DNA of 24,564 nucleotides from Zygophlyctis sp. KS116 (Eukaryota; Fungi; Chytridiomycota): NCBI GenBank assembly GCA_054661495.1, contig BAAFSQ010000148.1, positions 1 to 24,564 of the forward strand, read 5' to 3'. Shown piece by piece: positions 22,044 to 24,564 of this stretch (position 1 is its first letter; each line of letters starts with the position of its first letter). The notes under the pieces were generated by a model. It saw only the letters and a program-made list of their open reading frames with translations, ran no database searches and was not told where the DNA came from. The position numbers and the translations under genes were made by a program.

Positions 22044-22118
22044 TATTTACAAATGGTTTACAATTTACTTTTTTGAGAAGTGTCCGAAATCAATTTAATT
22101 GCGGAATTTCAAGAATAA

Positions 22119-23794
22119 ATGCTACAAGACTTTTTTACTGGCCAAACAAGTATCGAAAGCATTAGGAGGTAGTTTTCATGACCAAATTAAATTGCTAGAA
22201 ATGTGTTTAAGATGGAGAAATTTAGAATCGGACAAGAGGAAATCATACGATTCATTATTCAAGGACATGATGCTTTAGTATTTATGCCAACAGGTGGAGG
22301 GAAATCACTTTGTTATCAATTACCTGCAGTTTACAGTGATGGAGTTTCACTAGTGGTTTCACCGCTGATTGCATTAATTCAGAATCAAGTTGATTCATTA
22401 AAGAAATTGCACATCAATTGTAATTCGCTGAATTCGACTCTAAATGCATCAACAAAGAAGATGATTCTAAAGGATTTAGAATCCAATGATCCAAAAGTAA
22501 AGTTGCTGTACGTGACTCCAGAGTTATTAGCAACTGATGGATTTAGAAATATTCTTCAAAAGCTTCATAAGAGACAGAAATTAGCAAGGCTGATAATTGA
22601 TGAAGCACATTGTATATCAGAATGGGGTCATGATTTTAGAGCAAGTTATCGTAAACTATGTTGGTTTAAGGAAATGTTTCCGGTATCAGTCTTGTTAATT
22701 TATTAATAGGAATTACAAATTATTGGATTCACAGCTACAGCTACTCCATTTGTAAGAAGAGATATTATCAAACAATTATCTCTATCGACAAATGTAAAAC
22801 AGTTTATATCAAGCTTTAATAGAACAAACTTGTTCTTTCAAGTCAGATTTAAAGACCCATCAAGTAATGATGCATATCAGGATATTATCTCTGTTATAAA
22901 TTCTTTTGAAAGTGGTACTAGTGGTATAATGTATTTTTAAATTAAATTTTAATTATAACAGTTACTGTTCTACTAGAAACACTTGCAATGTAGTTGCCTC
23001 ACGTCTTTCAAACGATAATATTAATGCAGAAAGCTACCATTCAGGATTAACAGCTAAAGAGAGAACTAGAATATTAAATGCATGGTCTAAAACTAAAGAC
23101 TCTAAAGGAAGTATTGATATTGTCGTTGCAACAATCTCTTTTGGAGTAATTTTTAATTTCTTTTATATTGTAGATGGGAATTGATAAGTCAAATGTTGGT
23201 TTTGTAATTCATTATGACATGCCAAAAACTCTTGAAAGTTATATTCAAGAATCTGGAAGAGCAGGAAGGGATGGTAATATTTCTAAATGCATTCTTTACT
23301 ACTCTCTCACAGACCGTGATCGAATTCTCTATCTTTTAAAAATCGAAGCAAATAATCCTATTGGTATAAAAAACTTGGAGAATTTCAGACATGTAAGAAT
23401 TTTTTCTAAACTGTAGATGGTAGAATACTGTGAAAATACTGATACATGCAGACATCTATTTCTAATGAAATATTTTGAAGCTATTGAACAGTCACTTAAA
23501 CCAAATTTACAAGAAATTTGCCCAGATAAAAACTGTGATATTTGTAAATTTCCTGAAAAAGTAAGACAATCTCTTTGGAAGCACAGGAATAATGAACCGG
23601 ACGAGATATCGGACAAGACAAAGAGACCTTGTAGCCCTTCCACTCAAACATCTACTAAATTCTCTGGATTTCAAAGAGCAAGTGAATTGAACAAGAATTC
23701 AAAGCCCAAATTCAAAAAGAATGATTTACGATCGTTTCTCCCAAAGGAAAACAATCCCAGATTACATGCATCGCTTAAAAAGCCTCTAGGATAA
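22119..23794 (+). CDS. RecQ-family DNA helicase (helicase core + Zn-binding subdomain; short, RECQ5-like architecture); 6 exons, ~511 aa
   Basis: [64 protein letters not shown]....CDIC. Introns at 22169-22198, 22683-22709, 22931-22961, 23146-23173 and 23393-23416. The first exon is less certain. Confidence 0.93.
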
Positions 23795-23807
23795 CACTCT
23801 TAATCAT

Positions 23808-24320
23808 TTATTCTACGTCTTCTTCTAAATCGTACATGTCAAATAAATTGGGATCAGATCTCATTTGAGGACCCATGAATTTAACATCACCTTGAATACA
23901 GGTGATTGAAGATCCCTGTGCATCAGTAAAATCTACTTGGACATGGAATTGTCTCTATAAAATTAAAACAGAAATATTTACCAATGGTACATTTCCTGGA
24001 ATGGGGAAAATGGCTTCTAAATCATTATAATGCCCAGGGGTCCAGCAGTCAGTAGTAGAATCTGGATTACAAACATAACTAGACTTTTCAAAGACTTTAA
24101 TCGGACCAAACTTTAAAACCAATTTAAATTGTGATCCTGGAGTCACTGCAACTTTAAGAGCTCCAGAAGCACGAACTATAAGATCTTTTCCGACTACTGG
24201 AGCAGGAGGAGAGAATGTAATTGACTCAAAATCAAATTCTGTCTGGGAAGAACATAGAGCCAATGGATCTTTTGCCACTATAGCTCCTAGAAAAGATATT
24301 AACAAGAGGATAATCTTCAT
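23808..24320 (-). CDS. ML-domain (NPC2 / PG-PI transfer-like) secreted lipid-binding protein; 2 exons, ~161 aa
   Basis: Signal peptide MKIILLLISFLGAIVA; C..ITFSPPAPVVGKDLIV.ASG; LKFGPI..VC..C; terminal DAQGSSITCIQGDVKF. Intron at 23981-23955. Confidence 0.85.
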
Positions 24321-24389
24321 TATTTTTAAAAGCCTTGAAGCATCAAGTGAAGCCTCAATATTCAAGCGTATCATATGCTCAATTAAAGA

Positions 24390-24564
24390 ATGAAACTGTT
24401 ATTTTTATGCTCACTGTATACTATTCTTGCTGCACCAGTCTATGATGATTACAATCGAAACTTTGACTTGGAAGACACGATTGGCAATAGTAAATATGCG
24501 GATTTTGGGGATTCCGATTTTGTAGATCCAGACTTAATAGAGTCAGACTTGGTAGAGTCAGACT
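24390..24564 (+). CDS. Putative secreted acidic protein with 5-aa repeats; 5' part only, not in the ORF track
   Basis: MKLLFLCSLYTILAAPVYDDYNRNFDLEDTIGNSKYADFGDSDFVDPDLIESDLVESD..., open to the window edge. Typical signal peptide followed by APV. Confidence 0.75.
   Translation, partial: MKLLFLCSLYTILAAPVYDDYNRNFDLEDTIGNSKYADFGDSDFVDPDLIESDLVESD
24522..24564 (+). repeat. 15-bp coding tandem repeat (RTAGAGTCAGACTTR-like) running off the window
   Basis: gtagatccagactta / atagagtcagacttg / gtagagtcagact. Confidence 0.8.

Noticed and set aside
131-23643. Short antisense or alternate-frame ORFs (e.g. 131-316, 2798-2998, 8743-9015, 10263-11272, 14522-14929, 15927-16295, 20163-20366, 23329-23643)
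   Set aside because: They shadow well-supported genes and have no recognisable motifs.
696-23794. Fragmented ORFs read as pseudogenes, frameshifting or stop-codon reassignment
   Set aside because: Every break coincides with a short GT/GC-AG segment whose removal restores frame and conserved motifs.
24449-24564. Minus-strand reading KSDSTKSDSIKSGST as a gene end
   Set aside because: It is the antisense of the + strand repeat; the + frame has an ATG and a convincing signal peptide.
1-24564. tRNA, rRNA or snoRNA genes
   Set aside because: None recognised; intergenic gaps and introns are mostly too short. A covariance-model search was not possible.

Overview
AT-rich, very gene-dense eukaryotic nuclear DNA in the standard genetic code. 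It is most likely a flagellated fungus (chytrid-like); this is inferred from the combination of ciliary ZMYND12 and a KIF19-type kinesin, an Msc7/ALDH22-type ALDH, PCNX4 and Crinkler genes without signal peptides. The fragmented ORF track is explained by splicing. By hand I reconstructed 14 genes and 50 introns, and every complete model stays in frame. 48 introns are only 24-32 nt long (mean about 27.5); the other two are 52 and 60 nt. Gene order: ALDH (partial, +), PCNX4-like (-), hypothetical (+), GH20 hexosaminidase (+), AsnRS (-), Crinkler-like CRN-A (-), ZMYND12 (+), kinesin-8 (-), SNU114/EFTUD2 (-), Crinkler-like CRN-B (+), hypothetical (+), short RecQ (+), ML/NPC2 protein (-), secreted acidic repeat protein (partial, +). 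Two signals stand out. (1) The two CRN genes share a near-identical ~355-bp header, including an identical hidden in-frame intron, fused to unalignable NTPase+nuclease-like bodies. The headers form an inverted repeat around an ~8-kb housekeeping block, and all 14 isolated point differences are non-synonymous. (2) The window uses ultra-short introns with weak splice signals. A recurrent TCGGACA promoter motif, including a 23-bp tandem array, is also visible. Family assignments are from motif recognition only; no database search was run.
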